Assembly (NCBI GenBank): GCA_028278025.1
Contig: JANQFE010000094.1
Coordinates: 5,484-69,483 of the forward strand
Reading direction: 5' to 3'
Source of the DNA: Thermodesulfobacteriota bacterium
GTDB lineage: Bacteria > Desulfobacterota > WTBG01 > CAIYCZ01 > CAIRTM01
Length of the DNA: 64,000 nucleotides
Below the pieces are notes generated by a model. The model worked only from the letters and a program-made list of their open reading frames with translations, made no database searches and was not told the DNA's origin. A program made the translations under genes and the position numbers. Below, piece after piece: positions 1 to 9,374 of the stretch. The stretch's first letter is position 1. Each line of letters opens with the position of its first letter.

Positions 1-243
1 GTCCCGGATATACTGAATACGAATATCATTGATGAAATTATAAAGGTTAACAGTACTGATGCTGGTGAAATGGCCCGACAGCTTACCAAGAAAGAAGGCA
101 TTCTTGCAGGAATATCTTCCGGTGCAGCTGTACATGCAGCAATTGAGGTTGGCAAACGAAGCGAAAATGAGGATAAACTTATTGTAGTTGTCCTGCCTGA
201 CGCTGGTGATCGCTATCTCAGCACCTGGCTGTTTCAGCAATAA
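1..243 (+). CDS. cysteine synthase (O-acetylserine sulfhydrylase), 3' fragment; 5' end lies outside the window
   Basis: Frame 1 is open from base 1 to TAA at 241-243. The translation ...GILAGISSGAAVHAAIEVGKR...VVVLPDAGDRYLSTWLFQQ parallels the C-terminus of the complete CysK at 2009-2923 ([19 protein letters not shown]...[19 protein letters not shown]). Confidence 0.85.
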   Translation, partial: VPDILNTNIIDEIIKVNSTDAGEMARQLTKKEGILAGISSGAAVHAAIEVGKRSENEDKLIVVVLPDAGDRYLSTWLFQQ

Positions 244-273
244 ACTATAAAATTCAATTTTTTGGAGGATTAT

Positions 274-1485
274 ATGCCAAAAACCATTAAGGAAATTAAC
301 GAGAAAATAAAAAAGGGCAATGCAGTTGTGGTAACTGCAGAAGAAATCATAGATATCGTAGCAGAGAAAGGTACTAAAAAAGCAGCCAAAGAAGTCGATA
401 TAGTCACGACCGGAACATTTGGACCGATGTGTTCATCAGGGGCTTATTTTAATATTGGCCATACCAAGCCCCGTATAAAACTGGGGGGCGGGACCTGTTA
501 CCTGAATGACACGACGTGTTACACCGGTTTGGCAGCGGTTGATATTTATATCGGCGCAACCGCTGTCCAGGAGGATGATCCGAAAAATTCAGTTTTTCCG
601 GGTGTGTTCAAATACGGCGGCGGCCACGTCATTGAGGATCTTGTTGAGGGTAAAAGCGTTGTTTTGAGGGCCTCGACTTATGGAACCGATTGTTACCCTC
701 GAAAAAAACTGGAGACGCTGATTAGTCTTAGGGATATGAACGAGGCTGTGCTGTTTAATCCCAGAAACTGCTATCAAAATTATAATATAGCAGTCAACCT
801 CTCGGACAAGGTTATCTACACCTACATGGGAACTCTCAAGCCCCACCTGGGCAATGCCAATTACTGCAGTGCCGGACAGCTCTCTCCCCTGCTTAACGAT
901 CCCCTGTATAAAACAATCGGTATTGGCACAAGAATTTTTCTGGGTGGCGGAGAAGGATATGTTGTCTGGCAGGGAACTCAGCATAACCCTGGTGTAAAAC
1001 GCAAAAAAAACGGGCTTCCCCAAACTCCTGCCGGCACACTGGCAGTTATGGGAGATCTCAAACAGATGAGCTCAGAGTGGTTAAGAGGTGCCAGCTTCAC
1101 AGGATATGGATCAACCCTGAATGTCGGCATCGGGATACCCATTCCCATTTTAAATGAAGAAATTGTAAAATACACGGCTGTCAAGGATGAGGATATCACT
1201 GCTCCGATTGTTGATTACAGCAAAGCATACCCGGAAGTTGTTCCGGGCAGTGTTGGTGAGGCATCCTATGCCCAGCTAAAAAGCGGCTCTATTAACATTA
1301 GCGGCAAAGAAGTACCGACCGGCGGCATTTCAAGTTACAGCAAAGCAGTAAAAATAGCCCAGCTGCTCAAAAAAAGAATAACATCCAAAAAGTTTTATCT
1401 TACTGAGCCTGTTGCCCTGATCCCGTCAGTTAAGTCGGGGATCAATTTTAAACTCTTGAATGAACGCCCTGTAAAACGAAAATAA
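274..1485 (+). CDS. COG1900/DUF39-type homocysteine biosynthesis protein (MA1821-like)
   Basis: ORF 262-1485. ATG 274 lies 5 nt after GGAGG (264-268). Size (~400 aa) and N-terminus MPKTIKEINEKIKKGNAVVVTAEE fit my memory of the COG1900 family. Its usual NIL-ferredoxin partner follows directly. Confidence 0.7.
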   Translation: MPKTIKEINEKIKKGNAVVVTAEEIIDIVAEKGTKKAAKEVDIVTTGTFGPMCSSGAYFNIGHTKPRIKLGGGTCYLNDTTCYTGLAAVDIYIGATAVQEDDPKNSVFPGVFKYGGGHVIEDLVEGKSVVLRASTYGTDCYPRKKLETLISLRDMNEAVLFNPRNCYQNYNIAVNLSDKVIYTYMGTLKPHLGNANYCSAGQLSPLLNDPLYKTIGIGTRIFLGGGEGYVVWQGTQHNPGVKRKKNGLPQTPAGTLAVMGDLKQMSSEWLRGASFTGYGSTLNVGIGIPIPILNEEIVKYTAVKDEDITAPIVDYSKAYPEVVPGSVGEASYAQLKSGSINISGKEVPTGGISSYSKAVKIAQLLKKRITSKKFYLTEPVALIPSVKSGINFKLLNERPVKRK

Positions 1486-1521
1486 TACTACTGTTTTTTC
1501 AATTCAGAGGAGTACACACGC

Positions 1522-1929
1522 ATGGCAAAAAAAAGAATCGTTTTGACTTTTCCGCCCACCCTGGTGGGTCAGCCGATAACATATCATTTGGTGAAAGACT
1601 ATGATCTTATGATGAACATTTTGCGAGGTGTGGTAACACCAAATGAAAAGGGCCAGCTTGTCGTAGAACTGGTAGGCAAGCAAAAGGCCCTGGCCGAAGG
1701 TATCAATTATTTAAAAAGTCTGGGCGTGGAGACCCAATCTCTTGCCCACGACATTAAATGGCATGAAGATAAATGCACACACTGTACAGCCTGCATACCA
1801 ACATGTCCAACCCAGGCCATGTCAGTAAATAGAGACACCATGGAGGTATCCTTTATAAAGGAGCACTGTATCGCCTGTGAGCTGTGTGTTTCCGTATGCC
1901 CTTTCAAGGCCCTGGAAATTCAGTTCTAA
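1522..1929 (+). CDS. NIL domain fused to a 2x[4Fe-4S] ferredoxin (MA1822-like)
   Basis: The C-terminal half carries CTHCTACIPTCP and CIACELCVSVCP motifs. The N-terminal ~75 aa (LTFPPTLVGQPITYHLVKDY) looks NIL-like. Adjacent to the COG1900 gene. Confidence 0.75.
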   Translation: MAKKRIVLTFPPTLVGQPITYHLVKDYDLMMNILRGVVTPNEKGQLVVELVGKQKALAEGINYLKSLGVETQSLAHDIKWHEDKCTHCTACIPTCPTQAMSVNRDTMEVSFIKEHCIACELCVSVCPFKALEIQF

Positions 1930-2008
1930 AGGAGAACCTGTTGTCTGTTGAAGAAAGCAGGGGCATTCGAAAACTGTTTCGGGCCGCGTTCCTGAGGAGC
2001 AAGAGATA

Positions 2009-2923
2009 ATGAAGATTGCAGACTCGATGACGGACCTGGTAGGCCGAACCCCCCTTGTCTGGCTCAAAAGGATCACTAAGTTCAATATAGCCGCAAAACT
2101 CGAATCCTTCAACCCCGGCGGCAGCCTCAAGGACCGCATTGGTCTCAGCATGATAGAGGATGCAGAGTCAAAAGGGATTTTAAAGCCCGGTATGACAATT
2201 ATCGAGCCGACCAGCGGTAATACCGGTATAGCCCTGGCCTGGGTTGCAGCAATTAAAGGATATGATTTGATCCTGACTATGCCGGAAGAGATGACGCCTG
2301 AACGTAGGATGCTGCTTTCAGCTTTGGGGGCTACAGTCATCTTAACTGATCAATTGGCCGGAATGGGCGGCGCAATTGCCAAAGCCAATAGCCTGGCACA
2401 AGAGCTGGGTAATGCTTTTATTCCCCGGCAGTTTGAAAATGAGGCCAATCCGGAGATACACAGGCGTACAACAGCACCGGAAATCTGGGATGATACAGAC
2501 GGCAGAGTCGACATCTTTATAGCCGGGGTCGGAACAGGGGGAACGATTACCGGGGTTGCCCATGAGTTAAAAACGCGCAATCCGGAGGTAAAAATTATTG
2601 CTGTAGAGCCGCAAACATCAGCAGTGCTTTCCGGTGGCAAGCCGGGATCTCACATGATACAGGGTATAGGCGCCGGTTTTGTTCCCAAGGTGCTTGATCG
2701 TACTGTTATTGACGAAGTTATAACAGTATCCGATACCGACGCATTTCAGATGACCAAGAAACTGCTGCGCAAAGAGGGCATAATCTGCGGTATCTCATCC
2801 GGTGCCGCAACTCATGCTGCATTGCAGGTAGCCCGGCGGTCTGAAAACAAAAACAAGTTCACGGTTGTTGTTCTGCCGGATACAGGCGAAAGGTACCTGA
2901 GCACAACCCTTTTTGAAGATTAG
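2009..2923 (+). CDS. cysK: cysteine synthase A (O-acetylserine sulfhydrylase)
   Basis: 304 aa with [20 protein letters not shown] (PLP lysine), [10 protein letters not shown] and [10 protein letters not shown] motifs typical of PLP fold-type II CysK. Confidence 0.9.
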   Translation: MKIADSMTDLVGRTPLVWLKRITKFNIAAKLESFNPGGSLKDRIGLSMIEDAESKGILKPGMTIIEPTSGNTGIALAWVAAIKGYDLILTMPEEMTPERRMLLSALGATVILTDQLAGMGGAIAKANSLAQELGNAFIPRQFENEANPEIHRRTTAPEIWDDTDGRVDIFIAGVGTGGTITGVAHELKTRNPEVKIIAVEPQTSAVLSGGKPGSHMIQGIGAGFVPKVLDRTVIDEVITVSDTDAFQMTKKLLRKEGIICGISSGAATHAALQVARRSENKNKFTVVVLPDTGERYLSTTLFED

Positions 2924-3035
2924 CCGGTGGTCAGCAGTTCGTTGTTAGTTGAAAAAATAATCAAATTGTTCCTGTGGCAACTGACAACGCACAACAAACA
3001 ACTAGCGTATTTTTATTTACATAAACACTTACAAC

Positions 3036-4748
3036 ATGCTGTTTAAAAATATCACCCATATAAAAACAGATATCTTAATCATCGGTGGTGGCACTGCCGG
3101 TTGTATGGCGGCTATCTTTGCCAAGCGCAAAACGCCACACCTTGATATCACTATTATTGAAAAAGCCCATATAAAACGCTCAGGATGTCTGGCTATGGGG
3201 CTGAACGCGGTTAACGCTTACCTGGTTAACACAACACCTCAGGAGTATGTAGAATATGTAAAACGTGACAATTATGATGTGATACGATCTGATCTGGTTC
3301 TCTCTATTGGCGAACGCCTCAACCGTATGACCCATTTTTTGGAAGAGCTGGGCGTACCATTTCCTAAGGGTGAAGACGGAAAATACATTGCACGTTCAGA
3401 ACGTTCAATCGTAATGTATGGCGAACATCTTAAGCCCATACTGGCTGAAGCAGTCGCAGCCCACGGCATACAGGTGTGCAATAGGACGCCGGCATACAGA
3501 CTTTTAAAAGATGCCGGCAGTGATACGGTTGTCGGCGTTGCCGCTTTTAATATCCGCTCAAATGAAATCTATATAGTAAAGGCTAAAGCTGTGCTTATGT
3601 GCACTGGCGGTGCAAGCGGAATATATCGGCCGTCAAACCCGGGTCTTGCCCGCACTAAAACCTGGTACTGCCCCTATAATGCCGGATCAGGCCTTGCCAT
3701 GGGTCTGCGTGCCGGGGCTGAAATGACTTCATTTGAAATGCGCTTCGTAGCACTGCGAACAAAGGATGTAATCGCGCCTACCGGCACTCTGGTTCTGGGC
3801 ACTAAAATGCCTCAATGTAATGCACGCGACGAAAAGTATATCAGAAAAAAACAGGATATGCTGGGCAGAGGTCTGACGACCTGTGAAAGGCTGCAGTTTA
3901 CTATAGCTGAACATGAGAAAGGCAGGGGGCCCTGTTATATTGATGTCAGTGCGCTTAATTCAAAGCAGTATAAGGAGCTGGTTGAGAGTTATCTGAACAT
4001 GGCCCCCTCAATTGTGCTTGACCTGCTTGAAGATCCTGCCCACCCGCGAACCCATATCGAGATATGCGGATCTGAGCCCTATATTAATGGTGGACACGGC
4101 ATGGCCGGATTCTGGGTTGATACATACAGACGTACAACATTGGATGGGCTATATGCAGCCGGAGATGTGGCTGGAGGAGCTCCCAAAAAATACATCTCCG
4201 GCTGTTTTGCAGAAGCAGAAATAGCAATTGAAGATATTCTGCAGAGGTGGTCTTCATTCCAGGAGCCGAAAATTGATCAAGCGGTTATTGAACAGGCTGC
4301 AAATGATATCCGTACCCCCCTTAATTCCGAAGGCTGCATAACCTTTAATGAACTTGAAGACCGGCTGCAGAAAATAATGGAAGAATATGCCGGAGGAAGT
4401 ACCCAGAATTACGAAACAAGCCGGGATAAATTGCTGATTGCCCGCAAGCTTCTTGCCGCACTTTCCCAGAGTGCCGGGGATGTCCGGGCAACAGATGGCC
4501 ACAGTTTAATGCGTGTTCATGCCACCCTGGAGAGAACACTGTTAGCCAGAGTACTGGTTGAACATATGCTGGCCCGGCGCGAGACCCGCTGGCCCTGTTA
4601 TCAAACCCGGCTGGATTTTCCTGTCCGCAATGATCTGGAATATAAACTGTTTATCAATTCACGCATGGTAGGGGAGGAAATTCAGGTGGTTAAAAGAAAC
4701 CTTCAATCCCCCTATGCATTGTTAACGAAGGAAGGCAAAGCAGCATGA
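3036..4748 (+). CDS. adenylylsulfate (APS) reductase alpha-subunit-like flavoprotein
   Basis: FAD motif DILIIGGGTAGC. RSGCLAMGLNAVNAY, AKAVLMCTGGAS, TWYCPYNAGSGLAMGLRAGA and RETRWPCY align by eye with AprA. At 570 aa it is shorter than the dissimilatory AprA I recall (~640-660 aa). Confidence 0.75.
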   Translation: MLFKNITHIKTDILIIGGGTAGCMAAIFAKRKTPHLDITIIEKAHIKRSGCLAMGLNAVNAYLVNTTPQEYVEYVKRDNYDVIRSDLVLSIGERLNRMTHFLEELGVPFPKGEDGKYIARSERSIVMYGEHLKPILAEAVAAHGIQVCNRTPAYRLLKDAGSDTVVGVAAFNIRSNEIYIVKAKAVLMCTGGASGIYRPSNPGLARTKTWYCPYNAGSGLAMGLRAGAEMTSFEMRFVALRTKDVIAPTGTLVLGTKMPQCNARDEKYIRKKQDMLGRGLTTCERLQFTIAEHEKGRGPCYIDVSALNSKQYKELVESYLNMAPSIVLDLLEDPAHPRTHIEICGSEPYINGGHGMAGFWVDTYRRTTLDGLYAAGDVAGGAPKKYISGCFAEAEIAIEDILQRWSSFQEPKIDQAVIEQAANDIRTPLNSEGCITFNELEDRLQKIMEEYAGGSTQNYETSRDKLLIARKLLAALSQSAGDVRATDGHSLMRVHATLERTLLARVLVEHMLARRETRWPCYQTRLDFPVRNDLEYKLFINSRMVGEEIQVVKRNLQSPYALLTKEGKAA

Positions 4749-5119
4749 CTGTCCGCATTAACTATAAGTTATGTAACGGCTGCCCCAAGAAACCCGAAGC
4801 CTTTTGTGAGGAAATTTGTCCGGGCGACCTTTTTTTCAGGCAGCACGGCAAAGCAGCTCTGCGAGAACCGGCAGACTGCTGGGACTGCTTTGCCTGTGTA
4901 AAAGCATGCCCCCGTTCTGCGCTTTCAATTGAACTGCCGTTTCAAATATCAGAGACTAAGAACAGCTTGACCGCCCGATTTAAAAAGGATCATATTATCT
5001 GGAAACTCTGCGACCGTTATGGAAAAAAACTTACTACCCACACTATTCCCAACAGGTCAAAATCAACGGTTAGCAAACCGGCAGATGCCCCCATAAAAAA
5101 AGATAGTCCTCCGGAATAG
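4745..5119 (+). CDS. APS reductase beta-subunit-like ferredoxin
   Basis: Start overlaps the AprA-like stop by 4 nt (ATGA). KLCNGCPKKPEAFCEEICPGDL and CWDCFACVKACP resemble the AprB cluster motifs. Confidence 0.65.
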   Translation: MTVRINYKLCNGCPKKPEAFCEEICPGDLFFRQHGKAALREPADCWDCFACVKACPRSALSIELPFQISETKNSLTARFKKDHIIWKLCDRYGKKLTTHTIPNRSKSTVSKPADAPIKKDSPPE

Positions 5120-5219
5120 TGTGGTGCTGGGAGAATGTTATAGTATAATAGGATAATAACATATTATCATTGCAGTCAATAAAATTCCAACCGAGTTTTT
5201 TGTGTGAAAGACAATAACA

Positions 5220-6572
5220 ATGGACAACACTTACAAACCATACTTTCCTTGTACGGCCTTACCAGACGATCCAACATTATCCAAACTCGCCGGCCTCTAT
5301 CCACAGAGACAGGAGGGGCAGTGGATGCAACGCATAAAGATATTGGGGGGTGAACTCACCAGCGACCAATGGACAGCACTTGCTGAGCTTAATAGTCGCT
5401 TTACACCATCAGCTCCTCTACAACTCACAACCAGACAGGATATCGAGTTTCATAATGTAACCGCAGATAACGTGCCGCTGCTGCAAGATGAACTTGCCAA
5501 AAACGGACTTACTGGACTGGGGGCATGCGGTGACACACTTAGAAACATAACGCTTTGTCCCGGCAACGGCTTATGCCAGGATAAAGTAGACTTCTCCGGT
5601 GCTGCCCGGAGCGTGCAGCAGATATTGAAAAACTATTCTGAGATCTACGATCTGCCCCGTAAATTTAAAATAAGCTTTTCCGCCTGTTCCAAAGCATGCG
5701 CCCAGCCCTGGATCAACGACCTTGGATTTGTTGCTGACATACATAATGGGCAAATCAGCATAAATCTTATAGGGGCTGGTTCTTTGGGAGCTCGTCCTGC
5801 CACCGGGATCATTATTAAAGAAGATATACCGGTTCAGGATATCCCGATCTGGGCTCTGGCAGCAGTACGCCTTTTCAATATACACGGCAATAGAAAAGTC
5901 CGCAGCAAGGCGCGCCTGCGGCATGTGAGAGAGCGTTTAGGCGATGCTGTTTTCTTAGAATCACTCACCAGAGAATTTGAAGACTGTAAAGGGCAGGATA
6001 TGCCCGTCACGGCACCCCTAACCTTGTCAAAACGCGGGTATCAACTCGTCGCGGAGCTCAACTTCCCGCTTGGCCATATTGAACCGCAAGCAGCCGAGGC
6101 CATTGCCACATTGATGGATGATGATCATTCTATTATAGCTCGAATTCAAAACCACCATCGGATTGCCCTTTTTGCAAAAAACCCTGATTCGGCCCTGTAC
6201 AACATTAAGGCTGATTCCCGGGTGTGCGGCTTTGTCTCAGGTCCTGATATAGCAGCCTGTCCGGGAACTGCCTATTGCAAGCATGCACTTGTCAACACCC
6301 ATACGGTAGAAAATGAGCTTCGCAACAGACTGCCGGAAGTTAAAAATAATTCAATTCGTATATCAGGGTGCCCAAACGGGTGTGCCCACTCAGCCGTAGC
6401 CCATATCGGCTTGGCCGGGCGGATTAAAAAGGATAGTTCCGGAAACAGGGTTGAAGGATTTCATGTCTATACCGGTGGCGGAATGGGCATGTCGCCGGTT
6501 TTGGCAGAAAGCCATACCCCTTTTGTTCCTGCAACACAGATAGTTGACAAGATTTTACAGATATATGTATGA
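5220..6572 (+). CDS. assimilatory-type sulfite/nitrite reductase-like hemoprotein (siroheme/[4Fe-4S])
   Basis: 450 aa. ACPGTAYCKHA (CX5C) and SGCPNGCAHS (CX3C) match the siroheme-[4Fe-4S] ligand pattern. LTTRQDIEFHNV looks like a NIR/SIR ferredoxin-like half domain. Confidence 0.7.
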   Translation: MDNTYKPYFPCTALPDDPTLSKLAGLYPQRQEGQWMQRIKILGGELTSDQWTALAELNSRFTPSAPLQLTTRQDIEFHNVTADNVPLLQDELAKNGLTGLGACGDTLRNITLCPGNGLCQDKVDFSGAARSVQQILKNYSEIYDLPRKFKISFSACSKACAQPWINDLGFVADIHNGQISINLIGAGSLGARPATGIIIKEDIPVQDIPIWALAAVRLFNIHGNRKVRSKARLRHVRERLGDAVFLESLTREFEDCKGQDMPVTAPLTLSKRGYQLVAELNFPLGHIEPQAAEAIATLMDDDHSIIARIQNHHRIALFAKNPDSALYNIKADSRVCGFVSGPDIAACPGTAYCKHALVNTHTVENELRNRLPEVKNNSIRISGCPNGCAHSAVAHIGLAGRIKKDSSGNRVEGFHVYTGGGMGMSPVLAESHTPFVPATQIVDKILQIYV

Positions 6573-6627
6573 TAGTATCTACTGACAATAAACAGTTTAG
6601 TTAAAAAATAAAAAGCAGGAACCATCT

Positions 6628-7359
6628 ATGACCCTTTCTGAAAAAGAGCTGACCCGATACCACCGTCAGATGATTATCTCTCACTGGGGGGAGTCCGGCC
6701 AGAAAAAGCTTCGTACTTCAACAGTGTTCATTGCCGGAGCCGGTGGCCTGGGATCACCTGTAGCAATCTATTTAGCAGCCGCAGGAATAGGCACAATCAG
6801 GATTTGTGATTATGGTAAGCCTGAACTTTCAAATTTAAACCGTCAGATTCTTCATGGTGAACAGGATATTGGCATAAACAAAGCACAATCAGCCAATGAA
6901 ACATTGCAGGACATCAATCCTCATGTTACTGTTGAACCGCTCATGAGCAAAATTACAGAAGAAACTGTCGGTGAACTGGTCGGTGAAAGTGATATTATTC
7001 TGGACTGTCTTGACAATTTTCCAACCAGGCATATTCTCAATCGCCATGCAGTTCAATGCAGCATTCCTTTGATACATGCAGGCATCCATGGGCTCTCAGG
7101 CCAGCTTACTTTCATTCATACTCCTGAAACCCCCTGCCTCAACTGTATCTTCCCGGGCTCAACACCAAGTGAAATTTTTCCTGTGGTGGGGGTTACCCCG
7201 GGAGTTATCGGACTTCTGGAAGCAACCGAGGCTATTAAATGGCTCATCGGGATTGGGAAAAACTTAAAAGGCCAGCTTTTAATATGGGATGGGGAGGAGA
7301 TGCTGTTTCAAAAAGTTGCAGTTAAAAAAGACCCGAATTGTCCTATATGTAAACAATAA
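6628..7359 (+). CDS. ThiF/MoeB/HesA-family E1-like adenylyltransferase, copy 1
   Basis: RYHRQM, Rossmann motif IAGAGGLGSPVAIYLAAAGIG, SNLNRQ, and two CxxC pairs (PCLNC, CPIC). Confidence 0.85.
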   Translation: MTLSEKELTRYHRQMIISHWGESGQKKLRTSTVFIAGAGGLGSPVAIYLAAAGIGTIRICDYGKPELSNLNRQILHGEQDIGINKAQSANETLQDINPHVTVEPLMSKITEETVGELVGESDIILDCLDNFPTRHILNRHAVQCSIPLIHAGIHGLSGQLTFIHTPETPCLNCIFPGSTPSEIFPVVGVTPGVIGLLEATEAIKWLIGIGKNLKGQLLIWDGEEMLFQKVAVKKDPNCPICKQ

Positions 7360-7392
7360 GTTTTTTTATTGGATTTCAGGGAGGATATGTAT

Positions 7393-8139
7393 ATGACCAG
7401 CCTAGCCCTTGCTGACAGTGAAAAAGAGCGTTATCATCGCCAGATGATATTTGAAGGTTGGGGAGTAGAGGCCCAGAAACGACTTAAGAATTCCAAAGTT
7501 TTTGTAGCCGGAGCCGGGGGGCTCGGAAGTCCTGTATCTATCTACCTGGCTGTTGCAGGGATCGGAACCATTCGCATCTGTGATTTTGGTGATCCGGAGC
7601 TTTCAAACCTTAACAGGCAGATACTTCACGACGATTCACGCATAGGTATAAACAAAGCGCTGTCAGCACAAAAAACACTTACAAATATCAATCCTGATAT
7701 ACTGGTTGAGGCCCTGCCGGACAAGATTACAGAAGAAACGGTTGGTGAAATGGTCGGCCAGGCCGACCTTATCGTTGATTGTATGGATAATTTTGAAACC
7801 CGTCATATTTTAAATCGGTTTGCAGTAAAAAACAGTATCGCCATGGTGCATGCAGGTGTTTATGGTATGCAGGGTCAAATAACATTTATAAAAACCCCTG
7901 AGACGCCGTGTCTTTGGTGCATACAACCCGGCTCACCACCCCCTGTAATTTTCCCTATTGTAGGAGCTACTGCAGGCATTGCAGGCTGCATTGAAGCTCT
8001 TGAGGCAATTAAGTATCTAAGCGGCGTCGGCTCAACATTGATGGGTACATTGCTTGTATGGGATGGCAGCAGGATGAAGTTTAACCACCTGCCACAGCAG
8101 AAAAATCCTGAGTGTCCGGTATGCGGCGGCACTGCGTAA
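7393..8139 (+). CDS. ThiF/MoeB/HesA-family E1-like adenylyltransferase, copy 2 (tandem paralog)
   Basis: ORF 7369-8139. ATG 7393 lies 8 nt after AGGGAGG (7378-7384). Same motifs as copy 1 (RYHRQM, VAGAGGLGSPV, SNLNRQ, PCLWC, CPVC) and collinear with it over the full length. Confidence 0.85.
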   Translation: MTSLALADSEKERYHRQMIFEGWGVEAQKRLKNSKVFVAGAGGLGSPVSIYLAVAGIGTIRICDFGDPELSNLNRQILHDDSRIGINKALSAQKTLTNINPDILVEALPDKITEETVGEMVGQADLIVDCMDNFETRHILNRFAVKNSIAMVHAGVYGMQGQITFIKTPETPCLWCIQPGSPPPVIFPIVGATAGIAGCIEALEAIKYLSGVGSTLMGTLLVWDGSRMKFNHLPQQKNPECPVCGGTA

Positions 8140-8276
8140 CAACTCACAACCCGAAAAAATAGTGTGCACCCCTGATGTAGTCTATCAGAACCAACTCTAA
8201 AAACCTCTGTCATGTACACAGAGCAGGCAGATTAGCTTATAGTATTTTGCAGCCACTGGCTGCCTTTTTACTTAGT

Positions 8277-9371
8277 ATGAATATAAATAATATCACGGTT
8301 GCTGTCGGTATGAGCGGCGGGGTCGACTCCTCGCTTGCAGCAGTCCTTCTGCAAAGAGAAGGTTACAAGGTAATCGGGATAACAATGGCTATTTACAGCG
8401 GCAATGAATCTCCTGGTCAAGCAGCGGGACACGCCTGCTACGGTCCCGGTGAACAGGATGACATAAAAAAGGCTGAGGACGTTTGTGCTTTTCTGGGCAT
8501 CCCCCATTATGTTGTTGATCTGAAGGAAGAATACAGGAAGTGTGTGCTTGATTATTTTACCCATGAGTATCTTACCGGCAAAACACCCAATCCCTGCACA
8601 CGCTGTAACCCCGTACTGAAATTCGGCTTTATGCTTGATAAAGCACGCCAGGCTGGTATTGCGTTTGACCTTTTTGCAACCGGACACTATGTACGGATTT
8701 ATTATGATGAAAACAGCGGCAGACACATTCTGAAAAGAGCTGTTGATCATAAAAAGGATCAGTCATACTTCCTGTACGGCCTTCAAAAGCAACTGCTTCC
8801 CCGGCTGCTTTTTCCATTGGGGAGGCTTACCAAACAAACAGTGCGGCGGCTTGCAAAAGATTTGGAGCTGCCTGTCTCCAACCGGCCGGAAAGCCAGGAC
8901 TTTGTCGAGGACGGAGATTATGCCGAATTGTTTGACAGGGACCTGATACAGCCGGGCAAAATAGTTGACTCTGACGGCAAAAAACTTGGAAGTCACCGGG
9001 GAATCATTTATTACACAATTGGCCAGCGTCGCGGCCTTGGCATTGCCCATAGCGAACCGCTTTATGTCATTGATATAGATGCAAAAAACAATATCATTAC
9101 AGCTGGTCCCAAACAGAAGCTGTATTCAGACAGCCTGGTTGCAGAGCATACTAATTTTCTTTCAATCCCTCGTCCTCGCAAACCAATGCAGATAAAAGCA
9201 AAAATACGGCATAATCACGTTGCTGCCCATGCCACACTGATTCCCCAGTCAGCCAATGCTGTTACCGTCACTTTTGACAAACCGCAGCTTTCCATTACAC
9301 CGGGCCAGGCAGTTGTTTTCTATCACGATGACATTGTGCTGGGCGGGGGAACCATCACACAGCGATTATAG
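8277..9371 (+). CDS. mnmA: tRNA-specific 2-thiouridylase
   Basis: PP-loop VGMSGGVDSS, NPCTRCN, KDQSYFL and a ~365 aa length typical of MnmA. ATG 8277 is preferred over TTG 8247. Confidence 0.9.
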   Translation: MNINNITVAVGMSGGVDSSLAAVLLQREGYKVIGITMAIYSGNESPGQAAGHACYGPGEQDDIKKAEDVCAFLGIPHYVVDLKEEYRKCVLDYFTHEYLTGKTPNPCTRCNPVLKFGFMLDKARQAGIAFDLFATGHYVRIYYDENSGRHILKRAVDHKKDQSYFLYGLQKQLLPRLLFPLGRLTKQTVRRLAKDLELPVSNRPESQDFVEDGDYAELFDRDLIQPGKIVDSDGKKLGSHRGIIYYTIGQRRGLGIAHSEPLYVIDIDAKNNIITAGPKQKLYSDSLVAEHTNFLSIPRPRKPMQIKAKIRHNHVAAHATLIPQSANAVTVTFDKPQLSITPGQAVVFYHDDIVLGGGTITQRL

Positions 9372-9374
9372 CTT

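Noticed and set aside
1930-2008. A possible riboswitch or leader in the 79-nt spacer upstream of cysK.
   Set aside because: I found only a weak 5-bp hairpin (CGAAA-ACTG-TTTCG). I saw no match by eye to SAM, SAH or other sulfur-related riboswitch cores, and the spacer is too short for most classes.
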